Positions 18,863 through 28,131 of a stretch of 64,000 bases of DNA are shown piece by piece. The stretch spans positions 288,001 to 352,000 of the forward strand of contig CAVSQW010000012.1 in the NCBI GenBank assembly GCA_963730185.1, written 5' to 3'. The notes beneath the pieces were generated by a model, which saw nothing but the letters and a program-made list of their open reading frames with translations, ran no database searches and was not told the DNA's origin. The stretch is from an uncultured Gemmatimonadales bacterium. Lineage in GTDB: Bacteria; Gemmatimonadota; Gemmatimonadetes; Gemmatimonadales; GWC2-71-9. Position 1 is the stretch's first letter. Each line of letters opens with the position of its first letter. The position numbers were made by a program, and so were the translations under genes.

Positions 18863-20497
18863 TCAGGGTTGCCCGCCGCGGCCGGGACGACGGAGCGTGA
18901 TCTTGGGCGTCGTGGGCTGCGGGGTCTGGGGCGGCGGTGGCGGCGGCGCGGGTGCGGGCCGAGGCGGGGCGGCACCGGCGGCCGACGGCGCCATGCCCGC
19001 CATGCCGAGCCGGCGGCGGAACAGCACCGCGCCGCGGAGGCTGTGGCCCGGCTGCACCGTCACCGTCAGTCCGTTGATCGTCGCGACGTCTTCGGGAGTA
19101 TCGAAGTTCATCGCGAAGTTCCGTTGACTCTCGAGCTCGCAGATGACGGTCCGGGTAATCGGCGAGCGGTGACCGCCGGCCGCGTTGACCCGGACGGTCA
19201 CGCTCAGCTCCTGCCCCGGCGCCCACTGGTAGCTCGACCGCGGGTCGCCGGTCAGCACGATCCGATACTCGTGCTTCCCGGCGAGGTCGAGCTGGCTGAA
19301 GACGAAGGTCAGGAGGTCGCCCTCGCGCTGCGGATGCGACGGCGAGGTGACCGCTTCGTAGAAGTGCTCGCCGTCGCGATCGAGCAGGAACTTGATCGAT
19401 TCGATGGCCCGGTTGATCCGGTAGTCGACGTACTTGCCGGCCAGCGCGTCGACCAGGTGGCGGAGCCGGGAGAGCGTCTCCGTCGCGCGGACCACCAGCG
19501 GGCGGAGCTCTTCCCGCCGATCGAGCTCCCGCTGGGTGGCCAGCACCCCGCGCTCGGCCTCGAGCAGCTCGGAATAGCTGGTGTCGACCTGGCTCAGGTC
19601 CTTGAAGAACTGGCGGCTCGACGACGAGAGCTCGAGGGCCAACGCCACCGTCCGCCCGGCCCGTTCGAGCTGTTGGAAGAACCGGTGCGGCGGCATCGCC
19701 AGGTCGGCCGTCTCGTAAGCGCACTGCTCGAGCGCCATGACCGCCCGCTCCACGAAGGCGCCGATGTCGACGTCGCTCCGAACGTCGACGCCCCGGGCCG
19801 CCACCTTCTCGGCGTAGCGGGCGGCGCTCCGGTGGATCTCCTGGTACTCGCCGACCAGGAGCCGGGCCTCCGATTGGAGCCGGGTGGCGGCGGTGTAGAG
19901 GGCGGTATGGGCCAGGAGCGAGGCGCAGGGCGGGATGTACTGCCCGTCGAGCTCGAAGCCGAGCGTCTCCGAGGCCCGGCGAAGCTTCCCCACCACCATC
20001 GACGACGACGCCAGCTCGGCCGGGAGGCCGAGGCGGACTTCGTACTTGGCCCGGCTGAGGGCGGCCTGGTTGGGATTCGAGGGATCGAGTCCCACCGAGG
20101 CCGGATCGTTCTCGCGCTCGCCGCTCCGGACCACGTACACCAGGGCATCGGTCACCCCGGCCAGGTCGCTCTTTCGCCAGTCGCCCTGCACCACCCGCGA
20201 CTCGTCGATCTCCACCAGCTCGCCGCCGGGGGTCACCCCGCGGGCCCGGAGGACCGAGACCCGGATCCGATCGGCCTCGTTCAGGACCTCGACCTTGGGG
20301 TCGTACTTGGCCAGGCCCTGCTCCACCGTCTCGAGCCGGACCCCACCGCCGACCAAGCCGGTGCCCGGGAGACAGTACTTGAGCAGCCAGGCAACCTGCT
20401 CTTCGACGTATCGGTCCTGACGCATGAAATGCTGCGGCGCGAGCAGCATTCCGGTGGTCCAGTTCACCGACTTGAAATAGTCGTCCCGTTGGGTCAC
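18863..20497 (-). CDS. tssK: T6SS baseplate protein TssK-like, C-terminally extended
   Basis: VNWTTGMLLAPQHFMRQDRY N-terminus and YIPPC motif typical of TssK. Confidence 0.8.
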   Translation of the reverse strand: MTQRDDYFKSVNWTTGMLLAPQHFMRQDRYVEEQVAWLLKYCLPGTGLVGGGVRLETVEQGLAKYDPKVEVLNEADRIRVSVLRARGVTPGGELVEIDESRVVQGDWRKSDLAGVTDALVYVVRSGERENDPASVGLDPSNPNQAALSRAKYEVRLGLPAELASSSMVVGKLRRASETLGFELDGQYIPPCASLLAHTALYTAATRLQSEARLLVGEYQEIHRSAARYAEKVAARGVDVRSDVDIGAFVERAVMALEQCAYETADLAMPPHRFFQQLERAGRTVALALELSSSSRQFFKDLSQVDTSYSELLEAERGVLATQRELDRREELRPLVVRATETLSRLRHLVDALAGKYVDYRINRAIESIKFLLDRDGEHFYEAVTSPSHPQREGDLLTFVFSQLDLAGKHEYRIVLTGDPRSSYQWAPGQELSVTVRVNAAGGHRSPITRTVICELESQRNFAMNFDTPEDVATINGLTVTVQPGHSLRGAVLFRRRLGMAGMAPSAAGAAPPRPAPAPPPPPPQTPQPTTPKITLRRPGRGGQP

Positions 20498-21402
20498 GCA
20501 GCACTCCTTGGCTCGGGACTGCCGAGATAGCTGTTCAGGCCCAGGGCGGCCTCATGCTCCGGATCGCCGAGCACGGCCGCCTCCGAGCGATTGCCGACGA
20601 TCCACCGCTCCGTCACGGTGGCGCGGAGATGCACCGGCAGCACCAGGCGGTAGATCGCGTCGCGCTGGCTCCGCTCGTCGGGCCGCTGCATCCGCCGGTA
20701 GGTCTCGAGGTCGACCGGGCCGATGTCGATCTCCACCGAGGTGCTGGCGGTGACGCCGTCGCCCACGATCGCGTCGATGCCCAGCCGGCCGTTCCGCCGG
20801 CCCAGCCGGGTCCGCCGCCCGGCCGAGACCGGGGCGATCCCGGAGACCAGCCGGACCGGGGATGCCGGCAGCCGGAATACCGAACGTAAGGCAATCGCCG
20901 GGCCGTCGGGACGGCCCGCGATCCGGGCCAGGGACGGCAGGAGCCGGGCCACGTCGTACCACCGCTCCCGGGGCCAGGGCGCGGCCGACAGTCGGAATAT
21001 CTCGGTGATCCAGCGGTTGGCGCCATCGGGGTCGTCGGGGTGGAGGTCGAGCAGCCCCCCCGCGGCCCGCAAATGGAGCTGGAGCTTGAGAAAATGGGTG
21101 TCGAAGAGGCCGAACAGCCGGTCGCTCCGGAATTCGCCCTCGGCGCTGTCGCGCATCGGGTAGGGCAGACTGTCGATCGCGCCCGAGCCGGCCACGGTCA
21201 GCACCACTCGGGTCTCCAGGGCGAGCTCGGTGCCGGCCGCCGGCGACTGCGACACCACCGTGCCCGGAGCCCAGCCCGGCCCCGCACTGTGCAAGGTGAT
21301 CCGATCGAGATCGACGCCCATCCGGAGCAGCGCCGGCACGGCGGAATCCACGGTGTGGCGGGCGCCGCGCCGGGGGGTGACCAGGTCGGGCATCGCGCTC
21401 AC
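20494..21402 (-). CDS. tssG: T6SS baseplate protein TssG-like with N-terminal PASTA-like segment
   Basis: DSLPYPM, RLFGLFD, TRLGRRNGRLG and IDIGPV motifs, LGLNSYLG end. Lies between tssF and tssK with 4-nt overlaps. Confidence 0.7.
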   Translation of the reverse strand: MSAMPDLVTPRRGARHTVDSAVPALLRMGVDLDRITLHSAGPGWAPGTVVSQSPAAGTELALETRVVLTVAGSGAIDSLPYPMRDSAEGEFRSDRLFGLFDTHFLKLQLHLRAAGGLLDLHPDDPDGANRWITEIFRLSAAPWPRERWYDVARLLPSLARIAGRPDGPAIALRSVFRLPASPVRLVSGIAPVSAGRRTRLGRRNGRLGIDAIVGDGVTASTSVEIDIGPVDLETYRRMQRPDERSQRDAIYRLVLPVHLRATVTERWIVGNRSEAAVLGDPEHEAALGLNSYLGSPEPRSAA

Positions 21403-23138
21403 CGGCCGTCGCCCTCCACCGGTACGATGGTGACCTCGATCCGATGCCCGATCATGGCTCGTTCGCTCAGGTACTGCTCCAGCTCGGTGCCCAGCCGCTC
21501 CAACTCGGCCTCGGGGTCGGCGAACTTGTCCCGGGGCGCGTGGGCGGTCACCCGGGTCACCAGCCCGAGGCCGGCGTCGGTAATCTCCGAGAGCGACTCC
21601 ACGTCGATCCGGGCCCGGTCGAGATTCGGCTCGAAGGCCCGGACCGCGATGTCGATGTCGGCCGCCGTGACCAGGCGGTCGCGGGTCCGGAGCATCTCGG
21701 CGAACCGGTCGCGGGCATCGGAGTAGCTGGGCGGCGCCGCGCCGCCCTTGGACGGCGTCAGGCTCGTGACCCGGGCGGTGGGATTGTTGGGCAGGTCGGT
21801 CCGGATCTGCTTCACCTCGCCGGGCGCGATCCCGTTGCCCTCGTCGCCGTCGCAGTAGAGCACCCGGAGCATGGCGTACGTCTCGAACCGCCCGCTCTCC
21901 TGCTTGGCCGGCGCGAATTCGAACTGGCCCCGGCCCCGGTAGCGATATCGTCCGGTGGCGGCCCGGGCCTCGAGGTCGCCGGTGGCGACGTAGGGATCGC
22001 CGTTCTCGCCCACCACCGAGAGCACCCCCATGACGTGGCGACGGTCCGAGCCCATCGGTCGGTGGGTTACCACCGATCCCATCCGATCGAAGTCGATCTG
22101 CTCGCTCCAGACCTCGATGTTGGAGACGGTGACGCAGTTGACCGCGATCCGGGTGACGGTATTGGCCACCCCGCGGAGTCCGGCCGGCAGGGGGATCTGC
22201 ACCCAGGCGAGCGGCCGATCCAGGGCCCGTTCCTGCCCCTGCGGGAGCAGCTTGGGCACCGCGCCGGCGACGGCCGGCGGGATCCGCGACCTGGTCCGTC
22301 GGTCACGGGGGATTTCAGGAAACACCCAGAGCCGCGAGCCGTAGACGCCGCCGACCAGCTGAATGGCCCGGGCCAGGGCGGACTCCGGCTCGGCGGCGCC
22401 GGGCGGCTCGCGGAAGAACTTGAGCCGCCACATGCCGCCCCGGGTCCGGGTGGAGCGGAGGATCCCGGGCTCGGTGACCACGCCGGCCTCGGAGAGGATT
22501 TGCCACGGGCTTCGCGCCAGGGCCGTCGCGACCTCGGCGCCGCGACCCGACACCTCGATGAAGACGCCGAGCCGGCTCAGGTGCGACTCGTCGGTCTCGA
22601 AGGCCAGGAGCAGCATCGGCGCCGGGTTGGTGAGATCCAGCGCCACGGAGTTGCCCGGGAGGACCGGCTGGTTGACCCACGGGAGGCGGGCGCCCGGGAT
22701 CGTCTGAAGCCGGCCACTCTCGTACACCCCCGCGAACACCAGCTCGGTGGGCGCAATCTCGATGGTTTCGTCGGGCGCGAAGACGATCTGCTCGCCGTTG
22801 GGCCGGTAGCCGATCAGCTCGATGTCGGGGGTGACCGGCTCGCGCTTCTGGACCTGGCTGAACTGGACCACCGCCTGCGCCGGACGGGCCAGCCGAGCCG
22901 GCAGACCCAGCCCGCGGATCAAGTCATCGAGCGCGGCGGCGAAGAAGACGTGGTCGGCCTCCCGGTAGATCGTGTCGATCTGATGAGCCAGGGCGTGGAA
23001 CACCGAGCCCAGGACCGGGTCGGGCAGGGTCTGCCCGCCGGTCTGCTGGTACATCTCCCGGGTAAACGCCTCGCGCAGCTGCCGCGCGATGTCGGCGGCG
23101 CTCCGTCCGGCGGGTCTCAGGCTCTGGCCCTGCTCCAC
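21399..23138 (-). CDS. tssF: T6SS baseplate protein TssF-like (gp6/baseplate J-like)
   Basis: DPVLGSVFHALA, ARPAQAVVQ, IAVNCVTVSN and LRTRDRLVTAADI motifs. 579 aa, after vgrG. Confidence 0.78.
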   Translation of the reverse strand: MEQGQSLRPAGRSAADIARQLREAFTREMYQQTGGQTLPDPVLGSVFHALAHQIDTIYREADHVFFAAALDDLIRGLGLPARLARPAQAVVQFSQVQKREPVTPDIELIGYRPNGEQIVFAPDETIEIAPTELVFAGVYESGRLQTIPGARLPWVNQPVLPGNSVALDLTNPAPMLLLAFETDESHLSRLGVFIEVSGRGAEVATALARSPWQILSEAGVVTEPGILRSTRTRGGMWRLKFFREPPGAAEPESALARAIQLVGGVYGSRLWVFPEIPRDRRTRSRIPPAVAGAVPKLLPQGQERALDRPLAWVQIPLPAGLRGVANTVTRIAVNCVTVSNIEVWSEQIDFDRMGSVVTHRPMGSDRRHVMGVLSVVGENGDPYVATGDLEARAATGRYRYRGRGQFEFAPAKQESGRFETYAMLRVLYCDGDEGNGIAPGEVKQIRTDLPNNPTARVTSLTPSKGGAAPPSYSDARDRFAEMLRTRDRLVTAADIDIAVRAFEPNLDRARIDVESLSEITDAGLGLVTRVTAHAPRDKFADPEAELERLGTELEQYLSERAMIGHRIEVTIVPVEGDGR

Positions 23139-23141
23139 GGA

Positions 23142-24992
23142 TCAGCCCTGCCTCGGGGTATCGGGATCCGCGGTTCGGGTGGCCACGGCGTCTTCCGGCG
23201 TCGTCCGCGTACCCAGGTCGGTCGAGTCGACCTTGACCTGATTGGTCGGCACCGGCTTGCCGGCGAACCCGGGCGGCTGCACGTGCACCATCCCGCCCAC
23301 GATCGCGTTCAGGGCGCCGGCCACCGACTCGACGTTCATGTTCCCCTTCAGCGCCACGTTCATGCCGTTGAGCGTCGCGTCGCGACCGGCCTTGAGGGTC
23401 AGGGCGCCGGTGACCTCGAGGTAGTCGTCGCCGCTCACCTTCTTGAGCGACGGGCCCGACACGACCTGGGTGAAGCTCTTCGACTTCATCCTGAGCTCGC
23501 CCTCGGCCTCGAGGGCGATGTCGCCCCCGGACTTGATCGTGATCACCGGGGTGTCGCCGTTGGTCAGCTGCACCATGCACTTGCCTTCGGGCGTGAAGAC
23601 CTCGATGGTCTCCGCCCCGTCGTCGTCGAGCAGCTGGATGGTGTTGCCGCTCCGGGTAATGATCCGCTTGGCGGTATTCCCCGAGGTCGGCTCCGGCGCC
23701 TGGTCGAGACCGTTCCAGAGCCCCCCCACCACCACCGGGAACTCGGGATCGCCGGCCAGGAAGACCACCAGCACCTCATCGCCGATTTCGGGGATGAACA
23801 TCATGCCCCGTCCGTTCCCGGTGTGCGGAGTGGCCAGCCGAGCCCAGTAGGACTGCTCGTCGCCGCCGCTCCACCGATACTGCACCCGGACCCGACCCAT
23901 CTTCGACGGGTCCTCGTTGTCGATCACCTCGGCCGCGATCGGCCCCGCGATGGCGACCCGGGCCGGGGCCTGATAGCTGGTGAACGTCTTCCAGGGCGTG
24001 GCCTCGAACCGGTTGAGGTACTGCTGGTCCTTGAAGGTGTTCGTGATCCGGGTGATCCCCAGCTTGCCGGTGGTGGCCAGCTGGAAGTCCTTCCCCTCGA
24101 TCAGGTTCACCAGATCGCCCGCCTGGAGGCCGGGCTTGCCGGACACGCACTCGACCCGGAGCGCTCCGCCCATCGCCCGCTCGCTCTCCTGTCGGAGCTT
24201 GGCCTTGAACTCAGCGTGGTCGGTGGACACCGCGAACGGCTCCGCCAGGATCGGGTCGCCGCCCCCGGCATACCCTCGGGCCAGGTCATTGACCGTGGCG
24301 ACCAGCTTGGCCGCCCCACCCAGGGTTGCCGGGTTGGACCGGATGCCGGCGTGGGCGTGGGTCGACTTCTCCTTCAGGTCGTAGCTCGCGCCCGTCACGC
24401 CGTTGTTCACGGGCCGGGCCCGGGCTGTGACCTCGATGAGCGACTCACCCCAGATCAGATCCCAGCCCTTGTCGACGAACTCGTTCCGGATCTCGACCTG
24501 GGGACCCGATGTCACCAGAAAGCAGCCGGCCTCGTCGGCCAGGCGCTTCAAGAACTCGAACTCGGTCTCGCCCCACTGGACGAAGTCGAAGGGATCGGCG
24601 GCCGGGAGTTTGGCCACGACCTTGACGCCCAGCTTGGTGGCGACGTCGCCCAGCTTGGCGCGGGGGAAATGCCGGGTGTCCCGGAACTCGTGCCGGATCG
24701 AGGGCGAGACGCAGTCGAGCACGAACCGGGCGCCGAAATGGAGCAAGTGGCTCTGGGCCCCGTCGGCGACGACGCCCTGAAAGATCTCGAGCGGATCGGC
24801 CTCGTCCTCCTGCACGGTCACGCTGACCGGGGCCCGGAGCAGGTCCTCGAGGGCCACGGTTTGGGCCCGGTCGCGGGTGAACTCGATGGCGCAGCGGGTG
24901 TGCTCTCCGAGCTCCTGCACCACCTCGAGCGATTCCACTTCGCTGTTTCTGAGCACCAGGTCGCCGATGCTGACCCGGATGATGACTTTCAT
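23142..24992 (-). CDS. vgrG: VgrG spike protein
   Basis: VQWGETEFEFLKRLA hub, gp5 OB-fold DNEDPSKMGRVRVQY..WARLA..FIPEIGDEVLVVF..GDPEFPVVVG, then a beta-helix region. Confidence 0.93.
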   Translation of the reverse strand: MKVIIRVSIGDLVLRNSEVESLEVVQELGEHTRCAIEFTRDRAQTVALEDLLRAPVSVTVQEDEADPLEIFQGVVADGAQSHLLHFGARFVLDCVSPSIRHEFRDTRHFPRAKLGDVATKLGVKVVAKLPAADPFDFVQWGETEFEFLKRLADEAGCFLVTSGPQVEIRNEFVDKGWDLIWGESLIEVTARARPVNNGVTGASYDLKEKSTHAHAGIRSNPATLGGAAKLVATVNDLARGYAGGGDPILAEPFAVSTDHAEFKAKLRQESERAMGGALRVECVSGKPGLQAGDLVNLIEGKDFQLATTGKLGITRITNTFKDQQYLNRFEATPWKTFTSYQAPARVAIAGPIAAEVIDNEDPSKMGRVRVQYRWSGGDEQSYWARLATPHTGNGRGMMFIPEIGDEVLVVFLAGDPEFPVVVGGLWNGLDQAPEPTSGNTAKRIITRSGNTIQLLDDDGAETIEVFTPEGKCMVQLTNGDTPVITIKSGGDIALEAEGELRMKSKSFTQVVSGPSLKKVSGDDYLEVTGALTLKAGRDATLNGMNVALKGNMNVESVAGALNAIVGGMVHVQPPGFAGKPVPTNQVKVDSTDLGTRTTPEDAVATRTADPDTPRQG

Positions 24993-25017
24993 TGCGGTCC
25001 TCCCTGGGGCCTGGGGC

Positions 25018-25377
25018 CTAGCCCGCGGCCATTTCCCCGAACAGGGCCTTGCCTTCGGGTGACTCTATCGTCAACCGGAAGGCGCGCCGGCCGTCGACGC
25101 CGAAGGTCCCGGTGGTGATCGACTGGACCCGATACCCTGCCACGCCCAGGTTGCCGAGGGCCGCGTTGATGGCGTCCTGCAACCCTTCGTGATCGGTCCG
25201 ATCGCGACGGGCCGCTTCGGTGAAGGCCTCGAGCAGCCCGAACCAGGGCGCGTGGGGCCAGGCCCGACTCGACGTGCCGGCCATCACCTGAACGAGACCC
25301 AGTATCGCGTCGAAGCCCTCCTGCTCGACGAAACGTCCCTGAGGGGTGATCCGGAGCGGAAGGGCTATCGATCGCAT
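25018..25377 (-). CDS. tssE: TssE/gp25-like baseplate protein
   Basis: 119 aa with IALPLRI start and PWFG motif, between tube and spike genes. Confidence 0.6.
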   Translation of the reverse strand: MRSIALPLRITPQGRFVEQEGFDAILGLVQVMAGTSSRAWPHAPWFGLLEAFTEAARRDRTDHEGLQDAINAALGNLGVAGYRVQSITTGTFGVDGRRAFRLTIESPEGKALFGEMAAG

Positions 25378-25395
25378 GATCGGGCCGGGTGGGGC

Positions 25396-25416
25396 GGTCG
25401 GTCCAGCGGACCGACC
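25396..25416. terminator. hairpin between tssD and tssE
   Basis: GGTCGGTCC-AGC-GGACCGACC, 9-bp stem. No U-tract. Confidence 0.5.
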
Positions 25417-25431
25417 ACCCGTCGACGGCGC

Positions 25432-25872
25432 TTACTTCGTGAACTTGTGCTTCGAGACGTTCGACTCGTCGACCGCCACCACCAGCTCGAGCTTGAGCAG
25501 GTTCTTGAAGCCGATCTGTGAGGTCGAAACGGTCTCGGTCGCGATCACCGGGTTCCCCACCTCGAAGTGGGAGATCCAGCCCATGAACTCGACCGCGTGC
25601 AGCACCTTGTCGGCTTCGTCCATATAGTAGGTGATCTCGCACTTGTGGAGCGGATCCTTGCTCTCGGTCGCGATCTTCCACAGCTCGATCTGCTGCGACG
25701 GCGAGAGGTTGTCGATCACGCTCGCGTCCATCCAGATGTCCACCCGACCGACCATCGAGTCGCCGATCCGGCGACCGACCTGGTTGGCGTTCCGGGCGAT
25801 CCGGTAGGTGGCCTGAACGGGTCGGAACTCGATGCTATCGATCTTGACCTTGACGCGGTTGTACGTGGCCAT
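25432..25872 (-). CDS. tssD: T6SS-iii-type tube protein TssD (Hcp)
   Basis: YRIARNANQVGRRIGDSMVGRVDI and CEITYY..EADKVLHAVEF.GWISHF resemble Bacteroidota TssD. Strong GGAGAG RBS. Confidence 0.75.
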   Translation of the reverse strand: MATYNRVKVKIDSIEFRPVQATYRIARNANQVGRRIGDSMVGRVDIWMDASVIDNLSPSQQIELWKIATESKDPLHKCEITYYMDEADKVLHAVEFMGWISHFEVGNPVIATETVSTSQIGFKNLLKLELVVAVDESNVSKHKFTK

Positions 25873-25912
25873 GGTTCTCTCCAGTAAGGGTTGCGGCTCA
25901 AGCGCCGGGGGT

Positions 25913-26299
25913 TCAGAGGCCGAACAACTTCTTCATCCTCCCTAAGAGCGACGCGGGGGCGTCACTTTCCCTCATGCCGGGGTCGGGGACGGATGGGGCG
26001 GCTGCCTCGGCCGCCGGCGAGGCCGGAGCCTCGACGGACGGACTCGCGGCCTCAGCCCTGGGCGCGGGCCGGAATTCGAATTCGGGATCGCGCTCGGTGC
26101 GCGCCTGGTGGCGCGACGAGAAGTTGAGCACCGACATCCGGGTCTTGTCGCCCCGGGCCAAGTGGCCCGAGCCGTCCATCCGACGCTCGACCCGGATGTT
26201 GCCGCGCTCTTGCTTGGTGTACCGGAGGTCGGGCTTCCGGGTTCCGTCGGGGTTCGCCAACGGGTCGGGCGCCTCGGCCTCCTGGTCGTCAGCCGACAT
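25913..26299 (-). CDS. hypothetical protein with C-terminal amphipathic helix
   Basis: 128 aa, GAGG RBS, ends SLLGRMKKLFGL. Lies between tssC and tssD. Confidence 0.7.
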   Translation of the reverse strand: MSADDQEAEAPDPLANPDGTRKPDLRYTKQERGNIRVERRMDGSGHLARGDKTRMSVLNFSSRHQARTERDPEFEFRPAPRAEAASPSVEAPASPAAEAAAPSVPDPGMRESDAPASLLGRMKKLFGL

Positions 26300-26317
26300 G
26301 GATTACCTCGCTTATCG

Positions 26318-27664
26318 TCAGCCTTCGGCGCCCTTCTTGAAGTCCGGGGTATCGATCTTGAGCTCGAAGGTTTCCGCCGGTCCGACGGGCAGCACCTCGA
26401 GATTGATGTCGAGTACCCCCTGGGCGAACTTGTCCTCGTCCATGTCGATGTCGAGCGAATACTTGTAGATCGTCCCGCCCTTGAGCTCGTCTTCCAGGAA
26501 CTCCTCGATCGGGTTCCGGACCTGCTCCTTCACCAGATCGCGGGTCAGCCGCTGCTCCGCCACCCGGCGGAGGTAGACGGAGATTCGCCGCTCCAGGTAG
26601 CGAAGGACCCGGTACGACGTAAAGAACTTGAGCACCCCCTTGGGGTCCTCGGCCTGGGTCCGGCTCCCGACGAAACAGAGCTGGTTCGAGTCGTCGCGGA
26701 TCATGCAGAGCACCTGCCGCTCCATGGTCAGGTGCTCCATCTGGGAGATCCGGGGCTCGATCCGGGACTTCTCCACCCCGCGGATCTGCCCGAAGATCAT
26801 CCCGACCGGGCCTTGAGCGATCCCGCCGCCGGTGGTCCGGTCGGTCCGGGCCAGACAGCCGGCGAAGAGCAGCGAGGCCGGCGAATAGAGATCGGGGTCG
26901 TCGACGTCGCCGTCGGCCTTCTCGAACCAGTGGCGGTCGCGGAGCTTCACGGTCCCGGCGATCACCACGTCGGCGGCCGCCTTGTCCTCGGGGCGCTTCA
27001 GGAACTCGTAGGCGCCGCCGTCGGTCCGGAACTGGTCGGAGAGCTGCTTGAAGTTCTTCTCGTCCTTGAGGTCGCCGATCAGCAGCATGCCCCACTGGCT
27101 GGCAATGTCCTCGAGCCGCTTCCGGACGTTGTCGGGTACATAACCCGGCAAAACCAGGTTGCAGATGAACTGCCGGAAGTTGAAGGTGTCGTTCCGGCTC
27201 TGAATGAACTCGTCCAGCGCCTCGATGGTGGAGCTGTTGACGTCGCTGGTGATGACCTTGGTATCGGCGTTGAAGATGTAGAACTCCACCGGCGGCCGTT
27301 GCTGCGAGTCGCGGACCTCGGCGTTCTCGAAGAAGAGCTGGAGCTGCCGGTAGCTCCGCTCGATCGGCCGGATCTTCTCGTAGATCTGGGCCAGCACGTC
27401 ATCGCGGAGCGCCTCCATCGAGGCGATCTGCTCGTCGAGCTTCTTCAAGGCCTGTTCGTAGCTGTCCTTGGTGGAGAGCAGGCTGGAGAAGTCGGCGACC
27501 CGCTTGAGGAACTGGCCGGCGCTCTCGGCGGTGAAGATGTCCTTGAGCGCGGTCTTGGCCGGCGCGGGGTGAATGACGTTGAAGATCTCCTCGATCGCCT
27601 TCCCGGCCGCGCGCTTGCCGATGATGTCCTGCGCGCTCTTGACCATCACTTTCTCGTCGCTCAC
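26318..27664 (-). CDS. tssC: T6SS-iii-type large sheath protein TssC (DUF5458-like)
   Basis: IERSYRQLQLFFENAE, LVLPGYV, LYSPASLLFAG and SYRVLRYL motifs, with a sheath-type C-terminus. Confidence 0.85.
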   Translation of the reverse strand: MSDEKVMVKSAQDIIGKRAAGKAIEEIFNVIHPAPAKTALKDIFTAESAGQFLKRVADFSSLLSTKDSYEQALKKLDEQIASMEALRDDVLAQIYEKIRPIERSYRQLQLFFENAEVRDSQQRPPVEFYIFNADTKVITSDVNSSTIEALDEFIQSRNDTFNFRQFICNLVLPGYVPDNVRKRLEDIASQWGMLLIGDLKDEKNFKQLSDQFRTDGGAYEFLKRPEDKAAADVVIAGTVKLRDRHWFEKADGDVDDPDLYSPASLLFAGCLARTDRTTGGGIAQGPVGMIFGQIRGVEKSRIEPRISQMEHLTMERQVLCMIRDDSNQLCFVGSRTQAEDPKGVLKFFTSYRVLRYLERRISVYLRRVAEQRLTRDLVKEQVRNPIEEFLEDELKGGTIYKYSLDIDMDEDKFAQGVLDINLEVLPVGPAETFELKIDTPDFKKGAEG

Positions 27665-28131
27665 GCCTCACCTCCCGACAGCCGCTTGAGCGCGTCCTGG
27701 AACTCGCCCAGAGCCTCGATGATCTCTTTCCGCTGATCGTCGTTCTCCCAAGCCCGCCGCACCGCGAGCACCGAGAACCGCTCCCGCATCCGGTGCAGGA
27801 GATCGATCTGGCTCTGGAGATCGGCCAGGTCGTTCCGCTTGCCCGGGGTCCGGGAGCCGATCTTCTTGGGATCGAAGTCCTTGAGGCTGTTGAACTCGAG
27901 ATCGGCGACGAACTCGGTGCCCTCTTCCCCGACGGTCGTCTTGAAGTCGAGGGCGGGCTTGAACTTGTCGAAGGCCTCCTGGAGGTCGGAGACCTTGGTC
28001 GGGCCCTCATCCTCGGGGCATTCCTCTCCCACCCGCTCGACGGTCATCGGCATGACGGTCGCCGTGGTTTCGGTGGGAACCTGACGGGGCGCCTGTTTGA
28101 CGCCGGCACGGGTGACTTTGACGACTGGCAT
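27661..28131 (-). CDS. tssB: T6SS-iii-type small sheath protein TssB
   Basis: LQEAFDKFKP, LEFNSLKDFDPKKI and a C-terminal helical hairpin. 4-nt overlap with tssC. Confidence 0.82.
   Translation of the reverse strand: MPVVKVTRAGVKQAPRQVPTETTATVMPMTVERVGEECPEDEGPTKVSDLQEAFDKFKPALDFKTTVGEEGTEFVADLEFNSLKDFDPKKIGSRTPGKRNDLADLQSQIDLLHRMRERFSVLAVRRAWENDDQRKEIIEALGEFQDALKRLSGGEA

Noticed and set aside
18849..20504. 552-aa N-terminal extension on the Clp ATPase (1469-aa ORF)
   Set aside because: It is an Arg/Gly/Pro-rich off-frame read of tssK. The Clp N-domain starts at 18848.
14103..28131. Interpretation as prophage tail, tailocin or eCIS (Afp/PVC)
   Set aside because: The split TssB/TssC sheath, TssK and Clp ATPase are present. 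No tape measure, capsid, terminase, lysis or integrase genes were seen.
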